NCBI GenBank assembly: GCA_964016885.1
Contig: OZ024740.1
Span: 133,052,001 to 133,116,000, forward strand
From: Eledone cirrhosa
Lineage: Eukaryota
Length of the DNA stretch: 64,000 nt
Direction: 5' to 3'
The position numbers and the translations under genes were made by a program. Under the pieces are notes generated by a model. That model was not told the DNA's origin. It did not search any database and saw only the letters and a list, made by a program, of their open reading frames with translations. Below are positions 1-14,000 of the stretch, one piece after another. The first letter of the stretch is position 1. Every line of letters starts with the position of its first letter.

Positions 1-590
1 GCGTGTAGGACGGATCCAGCTATCAGCTGAGTCCATCGTGAGGATTGCCCCCCCCCCCTTCCTTTAGCCGCGAAGGGCAGGCAGTTTTTTTCTGTCTGGT
101 GGCCATGGCGAAAGAGATAGTATGGTGGACACGTTTGAAAGGGCTGAAGACGAGCACTTACCTCTTCGGTGATGCCCTGATTAACTTTTTCAAATTTAAT
201 TTCAAAAGGAAAAATCAGGGTAGAAAGGGAAGTGCTCTCTTCCCAGCATTTTGTTGAAAGATGGGTGAGACAGGCAAGAATGGCACGATTGTATGGGCCT
301 ACTCTGAGTATGTGATGTAAATTAATGGTGGAAAACTGGGAGAGGGCACTTGCCCTTGTGGTCAGGGTTACTGTGGCTTTGTAATGGGCTTTCTCCACGA
401 ATGTCCCTCGGAAGTCTCCCCCCTATTGGGGAATTTTTTCATTGTTCTATTATTATATTCTCTGTTTCTTGTTTTTTACACGCAGAAATGCCCATTTGTA
501 GCGCCCTGTATTCTCCTGCACTGTCCTTAATGTCTACTCTATGTAGATCCTTGTGGTTAATAAAGAAAGCATATTATTATTATTATTATT
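1..590 (+). mobile_element. Tx1/L1-group LINE, 3' end (subfamily B) with (ATT)n tail
   Basis: ORF2 C-terminus (LVAMAKEIVWWTRLKG..ALINFFKF), 3'UTR matching 22300-22543 and 63322-63570, AATAAA, then (ATT)n at 571-590. Confidence 0.9.
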
Positions 591-1160
591 TCATTTATCT
601 TACTCTTATTTTGATAGGAGTTATCACCAAGTCACAACCAGTGAACTCAAGAGACAACAAGGTCAGCCATGTTCAGGAAAGAACACACACACACACATGT
701 TATGTGTTTAGACTTGTGATGTATTTATATTGACAGAATCTTCCCTATTCTATTCCCATTAGTACTATCTTTTGTATTTCTTCTATACGCATGTTTCCTG
801 GGAGTTGGGATAAGTAATCTTTAGACCCCTTAGGTATCATTCCAAGAGCGCCTACAACCACTGGTATTGTTTTAGTTCTCAACTTCCACATTTTTCCAAT
901 TTCTATCTCCAGGTCCTTATATTTGCTCAATTTTTCAAATGTTTTTATAGATACATTCTTGTCTATTTGAACGGACATATCAATTAGCAGGCATACCCTC
1001 TTTTTAAAGTAATTCAGTATTATATCAGGTCTATTTGCATCTATTTTTCGGTCTGTTTGGATGCCAAAGTCCCACAAAATTGAGATGTGACCTTTTTCAA
1101 GTACGGGAGGTGCTTGATACGCCCACCAATACTTTTGATGGGGAAGGTCAAAATGCTTTT
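591..1160 (-). mobile_element. R4/Dong LINE 3' fragment (second Dong subfamily), RLE domain
   Basis: WDFGIQTDRKIDANRPDI..IDMS..KLSKYKDL..IPVVVGALG restriction-like endonuclease motifs; homologous to 63593-64000. Confidence 0.85.
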
Positions 1161-2928
1161 TTTATTACCTCTTGATGTTTGCTGCAATCCTGTAATTGAT
1201 TACCTAATCTTTACAATTTACACGTGATGACGTCGCCAAAGGCTTAGGTCATTGTCTAATGATGTAAACAGAACATAGAAATACCTATTGTGACTTTGCA
1301 ACATTGAAATAATATTTGGAATCCGGCCTTTTTGTGTCATAAATATAGTGTAGCTAGTCAATTTTGCCATTCTGTCTTCGGGGCGCTGCTGAAACACCAG
1401 TCCGTCTTGTGTGCGCAGTCTGCTGCCCCTTTCCTATCTCTCGTTTTCTCGTTGCTTTATTCTTTTCTCTTAATCAATTTCGTTTTTTCCATACATTTTT
1501 GTATCTTTGTTTGTCATGTGTATTGTAGTTTATTAAACGGATGCTTATTTAGTTGCCACAAATAAATTTGACAAAGAAATAACCATCCAATTGCTAAAAT
1601 AATTGAGGAATGGATTATTTACCTACCCAATAATAAAACTGAATTGAAATTCATCTGAGATGTTTATTGTATTTGTTATTTCGAAACAAGATACTTCTAA
1701 ATAATATAAAAAATGATATATCTTTCAACACCCGGGTTGTATCAACAATCTTAAAAATCAAATACAAAAATATAGAAATGGGGACACAGCATGAACTCTA
1801 TCGATACGTATAAGTAAAGATACCAAGTCCAAAATTTGACATCCAATATTGAGCATATCTTTGATGTTTCGAAGAATATAAGTGGTTTTAAAGAATAGTA
1901 TAAATATATAAGGCCAAGTGTAAAGTGAAAATGTGAATATCATTAAGAGGGCTAGTAAACGTTTCGTGCGTTCCATTACAGGGGGAATGAAGCTCATTAT
2001 ATATGTGTGGCTTGGCAAGAGCTGCGCTACTTGCAAGTAAATTGAACAATTTTATTACGGTTTCCATTTCGATTTCCAAGTTATTTCATCGTGATAGAAT
2101 TTGCTGCATGTAACTCCGAACTTTAACATTATGTCGATTAAATTCACTCGATATTTTTTTAGCGTTCTGTTATGAATTCATCTTCTAAAGTAAGAAAATA
2201 TGTGTATATTTGTTTTTGTATAGTTAACATTTGTTGCAATGTTTATAAATATATCTAAATACAATAAATTTGACAGGTACGTTTTTCTATGTATTTTTAG
2301 GCAACTAGTATTTAACACTCTTTGTTTATTTTTTCCGCTCTGTTTTAAAATTATTTTGTCTACATTCTTAAAATGATCACAATCTGTACTAAATTTTCTT
2401 TTCATTTATATATTATTTATTTCAATTTCCAACGAAATATACATACGTGTGTGTACGTGTATATATCTGTGTATGTGAATATGCCTGTATCGCTTTTTAT
2501 TGGTTTGTTTTTGTTGTTTTTTTTATATAGTTTTGGAAAATTATATATCTACCATGTACGTTCGACAAGAAAGTAACAAACATTGATATAGATGTACAAA
2601 TATCGATAAGTGCTTCGCAGAGGGAAGCATAGCAAAATGACATCCAGGATGTATTCTAAACTAATAGATGTCATTAAGGAATTACTTGGTATCATTCTAT
2701 CAAAAGCCAGTAGGTATAGATTAGGGGCATTATCACGTAAAAACAAATTGAAATTGGATTTCAAAAACTTAATTGAAATATAAAAGAAAGTAGAAATAAA
2801 TAAATAAATAATTATTCATATTTATTGAATGAAAGTATCTACTCCATGGGTCATTTTCATTTTCCTACCACTTTTTAAACAACAGGAGGGCCACAGATGC
2901 AATTAGAATTTTGGAATTTCACTCCGAG

Positions 2929-3389
<461 letters not shown>

Positions 3390-3396
3390 ATATATA

Positions 3397-3454
<58 letters not shown>

Positions 3455-3639
3455 GAGATCAATATACCCACAGATACTAAGTACCTACGGAAATATGTAG
3501 GGTATCTATAATACAGTTGTTGTTCTATGGTATTAATTTGAGATACCAGAACTATAAAAATGAGATGAGCGGAACAAGCAATCATTAAACAACCTTTTAA
3601 ACAAATTAAAATACGATTTAAATAACCACCTGTTCAAAG

Positions 3640-3720
3640 AGCTGTTACCGACGGTTTCACTTCACAAAAGATTGGAAATTCAGAGAATTTCCAATGGAAA
3701 GATCAGTTCTTCAGACAGCT
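3640..3720 (-). ncRNA. Type I hammerhead ribozyme, canonical core
   Basis: Minus strand: AGCUGU-CUGAAGA-ACU..AUUGGAAAUUC-UCU-GAAUUUCCAAU..AGU-GAAA-CCGUCGG-UA-ACAGCU; all three stems pair; GUA cleavage triplet. Confidence 0.85.
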
Positions 3721-4062
3721 ATTTCCATTCTATATGACATAAAGCCGCACAGTTTTCTAAATATATCGCTTACTGCCCGATGTATGAAGTCAGGCCGTTA
3801 AATTGACCCACACATAATCAGGCCGTCAGTAAAAGCAGGAATATTATAGACTTGTTGTCTATCACGCTACTAAATAAATAGCAGCAAGATACAACATTTT
3901 TTTCTCTACACAGAGGGAGAATACATAAAAAGAGATTAATATACCCACCGGTTGGTATATATATATATATATATATTAAAATAAAATAAATAAGTCAAAT
4001 ATTTAAAATTTGGCTTCGTTTATTACTGCTATATATATTTCGGTGACAGCCATCTTTGGCTG

Positions 4063-4365
4063 AGGTTTAAAGACCGGTGTTATAACCATCGCCATTCCTT
4101 AAATAGGGAGGACAAAAGGAAGCGTACGGTTCTTTCCGAACTGATCTGGAAGCTCAAGCTGGACAGGACCCCGTACTCTCTGGCCTGGTCCATAATCAGG
4201 GATGTACCACCTGATAAAGGGGGATCTGGCATCTGCAAACTATCACTGAGCGAGACCCTCGAGATACTAAGAGGTGGAAGCAGCCTGATGAACATCAAAA
4301 CTGACTTCTTCGGGACATGTAGACACCTTAGAGCCGGGACCTTCCTCAAGATATATGGACAGTAA
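4063..4365 (+). pseudogene. Penelope-like element GIY-YIG endonuclease C-terminal fragment
   Basis: Manual translation RFKDRCYNHRHSL..TVLSELIWKLK..WSII..CKLSLSETLEIL..LMNIKTDFFGTCRH; same motif order as 36390-36715; absent from the ORF track. Confidence 0.75.
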
Positions 4366-4504
4366 CAGCAGATTGGGATGGGAACTTCCCTCAAGCTATA
4401 AGGCCCCCTCCGGGACATGCAGACACCTCAGGGCCGGGACCTTCCTCAAGCTATATGGACAATAACAAAACATTGGGATGGGAACTTCCCTCTAGCTATA
4501 AGGA
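4311..4504 (+). repeat. ~100 bp tandem duplication spanning the Penelope ORF end
   Basis: cgggacatg(t/c)agacacct..gggaacttccctc(a/t)agctataagg starts at 4311 and 4411. Confidence 0.85.
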
Positions 4505-4837
4505 CAGCACCCCCACCATACCCCTGCCTCGATCGACTCCTGTGACAACACATACTTATGCATATGTCCATACATAGATACTGTTATTTAAGATTGTACA
4601 TGCACAGATACTTGCATGAAACCTGCGGGTCGCGGTGTGTGCGTGTGCATGTGGGGGGGTGGGTGTGTGTGTATGTGTGTATGTGGGTGTGTGTGGGATT
4701 TTTTGTTAGTATGTGTGTGTATGGGGGGTGCTTAGGGGGTGCACGTGCGCCTTTCCCTGTGCGTGTGCGTTGAACGATGTGAGTTGACATACACGCATAT
4801 GTGCTCTATGCCAAAATGGGAACTGCAGTCCTCTGCA

Positions 4838-5292
4838 TTTCCGGATTTTAACACTCGGGTTCTGGGGTTTTACACTTCACCCTTGTCTCATTTGCTCTTA
4901 AAATGCACCACACTATGATAGTGAAAAGATTGATTCTGACACAGCCTTTCTACTTCGGTCAATATCTTCCAAATCTTCCAAACTTTGAGATTGGTTATAA
5001 CACACACGCATTTTATTTTATTATTTTATTTTATTTTATACTTCTTATTTTAGTATTTTATTTTACTCTTTTATTTCTTTATTTTATTCATTTATTTCCG
5101 GATTTTAACACTCGGATTCTGGTGTTTTACACTCTATCCTTGTCTAATTTGCTCTTAAAACACACCATGATAGTGTAAAGATTGTGATCCTTTGCACTTT
5201 TTGATTCTGACACACAGCCTTTCTACTCCGGTCAATATCTTCTAAATATTTCAAAAATTGAGATTGGTTATAACACACACACGCATTTTATT
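4838..5292 (+). repeat. ~256 bp-period imperfect tandem duplication in the Penelope 3' flank
   Basis: tttccggattttaacactcgg...gagattggttataacacacac at ~4838 and ~5095. Confidence 0.8.
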
Positions 5293-5806
5293 TGATTATC
5301 TTATTTTATTCTTTTATTATCTTATTCCTTTTACTATTTTATTACGTTTTTGTTTATTTATTTTTTTATTTTATTTTATTTTATTTTATTTTATTTTATT
5401 TTATTTTATATTTTTTTTATTTTTTTTTATTTTACGTTTTCATTTCTTTATTATATTCTTTTATTTTTTTAGTTTTTTACCTTTTCATTTTTTATTTTTT
5501 TATTTTCTTCATTTTATTGCCTTATATTCTTTTATTTCCCCGTTATACTTTATCTTATTTCTTCATCTCCTTGGCACAACGTCTGGAAGTATATATTTTC
5601 CTTATGCATATTAACGGCTGAGTAAACCCATACGTACATATATATATGTGTGCATGTATGTATATATATATATATATATATACATACAACTGTACGTCTG
5701 TATACATATATGCATGTACGTATACATACTTATATTTAAGTAACATCCGTACTAAGAGTGAGAAATGATTTTTCATTTTTTCCATCTATCTATATATATA
5801 TATATC

Positions 5807-6121
<315 letters not shown>

Positions 6122-6129
6122 ATTATTAT

Positions 6130-6316
6130 GCGGTGGATTGGCAGTATCGGTAGAGGGTCGGATACCATGATTTCCAGCATAGTTACGTCCCTTTACGATC
6201 TGAGATCAAATCCCGCCGAGGTTGATGTTGCCTTTCATCCTTACGGGGTCGATAAAATAAAGTACCAGTAATGCACTGGTTTATTGCTGGCTTTGTGCCA
6301 AACGTAGACACAATTA
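6130..6316 (+). mobile_element. tRNA-derived SINE
   Basis: A-box-like tggcagtatcggt, B-box-like gagatcaaatcc, body gcctttcatccttacggggtcgataaaataaagtaccag, (ATT)n tail; at least 6 copies in the window. Confidence 0.85.
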
Positions 6317-6345
6317 TCATTATTATTATTATTATTGTTATTACT

Positions 6346-8592
6346 CTTTGAGTCTCAGTCATTGATGTTAGTTAACTGGAAAGTTTGTTGAAATGAATAT
6401 CAAGCCACTACCTGCAGCCTCAGATATTCAGGAGTATCGGAGGGTTCTTGCTGTTCCCAGCAAGCATGCCTTTTGAAGCGTTCCAAAAAGCGTGAAGGGG
6501 CCAATTTTCTTTAACCATCCCTGGAAACTTTTTGAGATAGTCCCTAGTGCCCCTATGACAATCGGGATCACTTTGATTTCATGGCAGTTCCAAATCCTTT
6601 TTACCTCCCACTTTAAGTCCTGGTATCGGTTAATTTTCTCCCTCTCCTTCTCTTGCACTCTCGTGTCGAATGGGCAGGCCACATCCACAATCAGGCACGA
6701 TCTTTTTTCTTTGTCCAAAATCACAAGGTCAAGTCTATTGTGTTCCAGTTTCTTGTCTGTCTGTATCCTAAAATCCCACAGCACCTTCACCTGATCGTTT
6801 TCTATTACCGCCTCTGGCTTATGCTCATACCACTTCTCAGAATGTGGTAAATTGTTTACTTTGCATAGGTGCCAGTGGTTCACCCTGCCCATCACATCAT
6901 GTCTCCAGCCCTTATAGTGAGTCTGGGCTAGGTGTTTACACTCGGATACAATGTGAGCCACAGTCTCCTCTCTCTCTCCACAGGTCCTGCACAGTGGGCT
7001 AGCCGCCTCCTTGTAAATATGGTGTTTCAACCACTTCGCAGCCATTAACATTCCTTCTGTAGCCTTTTTAAGGTCTCCTCTTTCCATCCAGTTCCATGGC
7101 TGTGGATCTCTGAATTCGGTTTTCTCAAAGAAGGTACTACGAAGGGATTTTTCCTGAAGGTTGCTCTTTCTCCTTGATGTTATTTCCTCCTTGGACATCC
7201 CCTGGCCTATTGTCCCCTCCTTCAGTACAGTTCTGAACATTGGCTCCTTACTATCAGTCACGTATTTGTGTAGGTTGTTTTTCTCCATCTGAACACAGTC
7301 CTCTATGCTGATAAGACCTCTACCACCTTCAGATCTCCTTAAGTTAAGTCTATCGATATCACTCCTCTTGTGGAACATATTGTAGATAATCAATAGCTTC
7401 CTAGTCTTCCTATCCATTTCTTTTTGTTCAGCAACATTCCATCTCAGAATTCCCGCACTGTACCTAATAATAGATACAGCTCGGGAATTTACTGCACTTA
7501 TGGCATTCCTACTGTTCAGATGTGACTTTAATACGCTCCTTACTCTCCGAAGGTATTCAGTTCTTATCAATTCCTTCATTTTTTTGTTCTTGATGCCATT
7601 AGCCTCCAGAACACCCAAATACTTGTATCCTTCCTCAGTGTCAATTTCCTTTATCATGTCACCTGTTGGTATCTGGATTCCGTTACTTCTGCTCAACTTA
7701 CCCTTCCTCATCACAATGACTCCACACTTACTAATACCAAATTGCATACATATATCATTGCTGAAAATACGGACAGTGTCAACAAGCACATCCAACTCCT
7801 TCTCACTCTTCCCGAAGAGCTTGAGATCGTCCATGAAGAGGAGGTGATTGATGGTAAGCCCTCCCTTTCCCAACCTGCATCCTGCTCTCACTTTTCGCAG
7901 TACACTGGTCAGGGGCATCAGGGCAAGGACAAACAACAGAGGGGACAGACTATCTCCCTGGAAGATACCTCTCTTGATTTTCACGCTTCCCAAGGATTCC
8001 ACAGTTGATGTTAACTCTGTTTCCCAGGACTTCATACTTTTGCCCAACAACTGTCTGATGTTATCTGCCACCTTGAAGATCTCCAGGCTTTTGGTGATCC
8101 AAGAATGAGGCAACATGTCAAATGCCTTTTTGTAGTCTATCCATCGCAAGGCAAGACCACTGTGTCTCCTCTTGTAATTCCTCATTACCATCTTATCAAT
8201 AAGTAACTGGTCCTTTGTACTACGTGACTTCTTTCGGCATCCTTTCTGTTCGTCCGGTAACAAGTTGTTTGTGTGGAGGTGATGGTAGATTTCCTCAGAC
8301 ACAATGCTTGTCAACAGTTTCCACATTACGGACAGACTTGTGATAGGTCTATAGTTGGTAACATCATTACTCTTGATTCGGTCTTTCATTATCAGAACTG
8401 TGGTACCTTTTGTCAACCACTCTGGTACCTCACCTGACATCAAGCAGTCATTGAACATGGTTGTCAGTTTCGGGTGGAGGGATGTTATGTTTTTAATCCA
8501 ATACCCCTGCACACCATCTGGGCCAGGTGATTTCCAGTTGGTTAGTTTTTTGGCTTGCCCCTTAAGAGTTTCAACTGTGATACACAAATCAG

Positions 8593-8597
<5 letters not shown>
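6346..8597 (-). mobile_element. R4/Dong LINE, 5'-truncated (RT + CCHC + RLE), long open frame 6428-8595
   Basis: KSPGPDGVQGYWIK, NYRPI, WIDYKKAFD, GIFQGDSLSP, LFMDDLK, YKYLG, GGRGL, CRTC..ETVAHIVSEC, RHD, PIVIGALG; (TTA)n on both sides. Confidence 0.93.
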
Positions 8598-8623
<26 letters not shown>

Positions 8624-8625
<2 letters not shown>

Positions 8626-8876
8626 GTGTCTGTAAATTAAAGGTGGAAAACTGGGAGAGGGCACTTGCCCTGGTGGTCAGGGTCACTGTGGTCTTTTAAT
8701 GGGCTTTCTCCACAAATGTCCCTCGGAAGTCTCCCCCCTATTGGGGAATTTTTCTTTGTTATTTTATTACATCCTCTGTTTTTTACACGCAGACATGCCC
8801 ATTTGTACCGTCCTGTATTGTCCTGTACTGTCCTTAATGTCTACTTTATGTAAACCCTTGTGGTTAATAAAGAAAA

Positions 8877-8911
<35 letters not shown>
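8624..8911 (+). mobile_element. Tx1 subfamily B, 3'UTR-only copy with (ATT)n tail
   Basis: Nearly identical to 22288-22560; bounded by (TTA)n on both sides. Confidence 0.9.
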
Positions 8912-8912
<1 letters not shown>

Positions 8913-9043
8913 CGAAACTTAAGGTACACATCTTGATTTAAAGAGGGGGATACCTCTCAATATTCGGGCTCTAAGCCCGAATATTCAGATTTATTTTTAA
9001 AAACTTCGAAAAAAAATCGCTTCTCCACCAAAAAAAAAAAATT

Positions 9044-11005
9044 ATGGAAATTTTCGACCTTGAAACGGTAAACAACGTTCAGGTCAAAAGTGTAAAGGCA
9101 GCCACTGGAGATTTCACCACGACAACGACGGCTACGGTCATGCCTGTCATCCACTCTACTGAATGTGAAGGCAAAACTCAAAAGCTACCATCACAACCTT
9201 CTGTGATAGCAGCAGTATCATCTGAAAACGACATCACCACCACCGCCACCACCACAATAACAACAACTCAGAGCAATAACGACAATAACACCGACAGCTT
9301 CAATGTAAACACAGATGGCGGTGGCAACAACATCAACAAACAAAACAACAACAACAACACCAATAACAACAGCAAGAATGACAACACCAACAATATGAGC
9401 ATCAGAAACACCACATTTGCTGCAGCAACAGCAAAAACAAAGCGCTTATTGAAAATTGATATTGATATTAGCGATAAAGACGAACAGTTGGCCCAAGCGT
9501 GGAGGCTAATTAAACGGGAGAAGTCCTGGGCAAACCTGACTATCCCGGACGAGGCAATAGCGGCCATGCAAAGGAAGACGGTGTTCTTTCGATGCATTTC
9601 GGTGCAGACACGAAAAGTGGAACTTGCCAGCCAAGCAGAGATCGAGGCTGCTTTGGAGTGCATCGGTAGTAACATAGAGTATAAGGCAAGAGGCAAACAG
9701 TTCGGTACCATCTCGGTACTGTTAAAAACCGAGGCCCTCGCTATTAAGCACTCGGTGACCCAATGCAGAACGGAACCCATTATCATGCACCCGTCTACAT
9801 GGGTAAAATGATAGTAAAGGTCCGCATTCCCAGCATCCCACCAGGAATGAACATATGGTGGTTGCTGGTATGCGTAATAGAGGAGGGGACAGACACTACC
9901 CACCTGGACATCAAAAGGACAGAGAGAGAGGACTGGTCCGGAATGGATTTGGAGATTCTTCTCCAAATGAAACCGGAGGACATGAACAACATCCCGGATT
10001 TTGCCCGCCTGCAGGACGGGACAACAATCCAACTAATCATTGACTGAAGAAGGCCACGCTGGTTCGTCTGCGGGGAAGCAACGCATCTGCGAGCCTTCTG
10101 CCTTCAGCGCAAAAATGCAGGGGGTTGCAAACCTCCTTTGTTGCCAACGCCAGTGTAAGCACGGAAAGCTGCACTACCACCACCACCAAAAACAACACCA
10201 ACAAAAACACGAACACCAACATCAAAAACAGCCGGATCACCACCAAGACCAAAACCAATCCAAGGAGAAAACGAGCCCCCCCCCCCCAATTAATACACAT
10301 AGACAAAACAATAAACGAACACACAGACACAGAGACACTCACAGCCACAAACCCTTTGTCTTCCAGCAGCGAAGATGAAGGAAAACCGAAAAGTGCCAAA
10401 AAACAGAGAAAACTCACTAAAAAAAGCCCCAACAAAACACAAAAACATACATAGCAGAAAATACAGACACCACTAACGCAAACACTTCCCCAATAACATC
10501 ATCACCAACAGCAACATCGACACCACCTCCACAATCCCCGAAACGCAAACAACCTAAACAAACACAAGTACAAATAAACACACAAATACCTGAAAATGCA
10601 GAAACCACACCTACAACAAAACACAGACATACCCGAAACAACACCACCAAAACCATCACCACCGCAGCCACCAAAACGAAAACAAATAAAACCGCAGCAA
10701 CAAAATGTTAAACACTTCGTGCTTGTCAGAAGGGCCAACGATAAACTGATGGCCCTCTTAGCACGAAGCAAGGACATTCAAACAGTGGGGAAGATTTTTG
10801 AAATGAGCACATTTTGCGTGCCAGAAGATTTGCTTCTGGTCCGAATGTCACTCAATTCCTTCAAAGAGATTTGAGAAAGCTTTCCTCAAGACGTGTAAAC
10901 CCCGAATGTGAAACCCATATCAAGACTTTTAAAGGGGTTCTCAAAAGAAACCCCAACAACCATGGAGGTCGAACCGCCCGACATTCACAAGACGCCGAGA
11001 GGTAA
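9044..11005 (+). pseudogene. Tx1 ORF1 (gag-like), frameshifted
   Basis: T/N-rich N-terminus, RGKQFGTISV core homologous to the other ORF1s, degenerate zinc knuckle (WFVCGEATHLRAFC), P/T-rich tail, stop at 11003-11005. Confidence 0.8.
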
Positions 11006-11038
11006 GTAAACCTTCCCTCTCTCTCTGAGCTTACCAAT

Positions 11039-14000
11039 ATGGCCATATTAAGAGTAGGAAGTTTAAATGTTCGCGGCCTGGTGTCACCCTGGAAGCAGGG
11101 TCGCCTGCTCAACGACCTCAGGTTGCTGGAAATGGATGGGATTGCCGTCAGCGAGACCAGAATTTCCGACACGTGCGCACTAGCCCCCATTTTCGACGAC
11201 TATCAGATCATCGCATCTGTTAGCAGACCGGGAATGGGAGGTGGGGTGGCAGTGCTGTTTAGGAAAGGACTGGATCTCGAGGTAAGGTCGATCTTCCGAG
11301 AACCGAACGGTAAGTGGTGGTCTTGGATGTGAGCAGTAGCGAAGGTGGTGCCTTTATACTGCTGGCCGTCTACGCCCCTACAGGGGACGGACGACCGGGC
11401 TTCTTTGGGCGCCTGGAGACCTTTCTGGGTACGTCTCGCCCTTTACTGTTAGCGGGGGAATGGAATGGCATCTCCGACGCACGCTGGGATTGTGTGGGAG
11501 TAGCCGATAGGAGCGGGGGGTGCAAAATCCTCAAGCACCTACTCAGCCAGTTCCAACTGTCTGACAGGTATCGACTAGATTCCCCCAATGTGCCAGTATG
11601 GACATCGACCAACCGAATGGGGTCATCTAGCTCGTATATAGACAGGATCTTCATTCGGAAAATAGATAGAAATTGTTTGGGCTGTCGGTTTACCTAGATA
11701 AAACGCGTAGGTTAGGACCGGGTTACTGGAAGCTGAACATGTCATTTCCGGCACGTAAGGCTTACAGGGACCGCAACAACAATTTAGTTAAGCAAAAGTT
11801 GATAGGGGGGATCATCAACAACAGAGTGTGGGGGGGCTCTCAAAAGAGAGATTAGAGTAACTTCGATAGAATTCAGGAAAGAACTAGCGTTAGAGAAAAA
11901 TAGAAAGGAGGGGGAGCTGGTAGATAAGTTAGACGAGGCTATTTGTAGTGGTATTGCAACTGACGTGCTAGTAGCGAGAATGGCATTAGACCATTTCTTC
12001 AATGCGAAATACGAAGATTCCATTGTCAGAGCTAAGGCGCGTATGCTGAGAAACGAGGGAACCAAAGCAGTTCGATGGGCCCGCGTGGCGGACGCGCAGC
12101 GTGGTAATAAAACCACAATTCGGTCTTTGGCGGACCGAGACGGACACGAGATAAGCGATTCCAAGCGGATGTGTGTGGTCTTTCGCCAACACTTTGCTCG
12201 GTTGTTCGGGGAAACTGGCGAGTTAGAGAGAGTAGCGGATTTCTTAACGGCTTGCCGCGCATCTCGACGGTCGACGCTGAGCGCTGCGAAAGGCCGATTA
12301 CTTCAGCTGAAATTCAGGACGCCCTTGTCGGCTGCATAATGCGCAAGTCACTCGGTTTGGATGGCCTGCCCTACGAGCTTTACGCCAATATGCCAGACTT
12401 GTTCTCCGAACTCCTCGAAGCACTTTACAGCAACTGGCAGCAGAATGGGAGTATTCCCAGTTCTGTGAGCAGGGGAGTGGTAACGCTGATAAGGAAAGAC
12501 GAGAACAAGAGGGATACATTAGACAACTTCAGGCCCATAACTCTGCTCAACACAGAGTTTAATTTAAAATTTCGGCCAAGGTGTTATCAAAGAGATTGGC
12601 GCTTGTCGTCGAGGATTTGGTTGGGGAGGCGCAAACTTGCGCAATCCCACCCAGGTCCATACACGACAATCTCCACCTCATGCGATACATCATAGAGAGG
12701 TTAGGGTGTAAACCTGGCTTCGGTGGGGCACTGATCAATTTAGATCAATCGAAAGCATTCGATAGTTTCGACCATTGGTATCTGGAGTTTGTCCTCAAAG
12801 CAGCTGGAATTTCAAAGCAGCTGCAATTTCACAGCGGCACATGCTCGGTGGTCAAGGTTAATGGCCACCTCTCGGAACCATTTCGGCTCTCCCGATCGGT
12901 TCGTAAAGGTGCCCTCTCTCTTCCCTTCTGTACGTATTGACTCTCGAGAATTTACTGCGGAAGCTGGAGCTGTTGCATGGCATCCCGCTCGAACCGGGAC
13001 GTGGAAAGGCGGTGTCGTCTTATGCGGACGACATCACCGTGATGATGTCGGACACCTCAGAAATCGAGGTGGTCGTCACCTTATTGAAGGAATATGAATG
13101 GTTCACAGGAGTCAAACTTAACCCGGAAAAGTCGGTGGGCTTGCAACTCGGCACCTGAAGAGGCAAGTCCTTGCCGTCCAACAGCGTCGTTAGGCATGGA
13201 CGGACGGACCGGTAAAGTTGCTAGGGGTTTGGTTCGGGCCAGACCTCCAGGGGGATAATAATTGGGACGTGGTAATGAGCAGAGTAGCCAGTCTCACCCA
13301 CAAATGGGCTAGGAGGAAGCTATCACTGAAAGGTCGCGCGGAGGTGGTAAATGCGTACATCGCGTCCGTCATCTACTACCGCCTGACCGCCGTGCCTTGC
13401 CCCGTCCGCGCCTCGTCAAGTTGGAACGGCTGCTCTTAAAATTCTTGTGGAGAGGACAAGTTCGGTTGGTGAGACTGTCCATCTGCTGCCAGCACCCTCT
13501 ACGCGGAGGGCTGGGCACGCCGTGGCTAATGATGCGTAGGCATGCGTTGAGGCTACGACATCTCCGGATATTCTGCCTCAACGGTGAACAGGTGTGGTCG
13601 CCGTTTATCAGACGGGCCTTTCCGCAGCTCATTTCTTTGACTGAGCTGCAATCCTGGGTCAAGAAGAGACCGAGACTGGGTGATTGGCACCTGGAATGCT
13701 ACCAGGCACTCACTGCCCTCTACCAAGCGGGCAATGCGATCAGTGGAACTTCCACTCTCGAGTTCTATAGAAGATTAGTAGTGGACAAGTGCGATGACGC
13801 ACTCGGAGAAGTTTGGGCCTCGTCGAAGTCGAACTGACCAGTCTGTACCGGAGGACTTCTGAGCCTGGGACGATGGACAATTTCCATAAATCCCTCGCTT
13901 GGCAGTGCTACCGGGGGGCACTGCCGGTTCGGGATAAACTCTACAGGCACGGAAGTGGTGTCAGACGGACCTGCCCAAGATGCGCACAGAAACGACGAAA

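Noticed and set aside
4026-4064. Hammerhead-like remnants on minus (also ~2897-2940, ~29230-29260, ~1712-1747)
   Set aside because: GAAA and partial stems present, but the CUGANGA-equivalent or stem I is broken
6130-6210. tRNA gene
   Set aside because: A/B boxes belong to SINE heads; no cloverleaf, and followed by the SINE body
8598-8686. N-terminus of the 752-aa ORF (MTLTTRAS..NNNN)
   Set aside because: Chance read-through from antisense Tx1 UTR and (AAT)n into a truncated Dong; not a real start
9268-10032. Long antisense ORFs over Tx1 ORF1/ORF2 (also 58034-58582, 61814-62323)
   Set aside because: Shadow frames of low-complexity or GC-rich coding sequence with no motifs
11002-11029. Mini-intron joining ORF1 to ORF2 (GTAAGT..CTCTCTGAG)
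   Set aside because: Only 28 nt, and copies C and D have no AG after the pyrimidine tract before the ORF2 ATG
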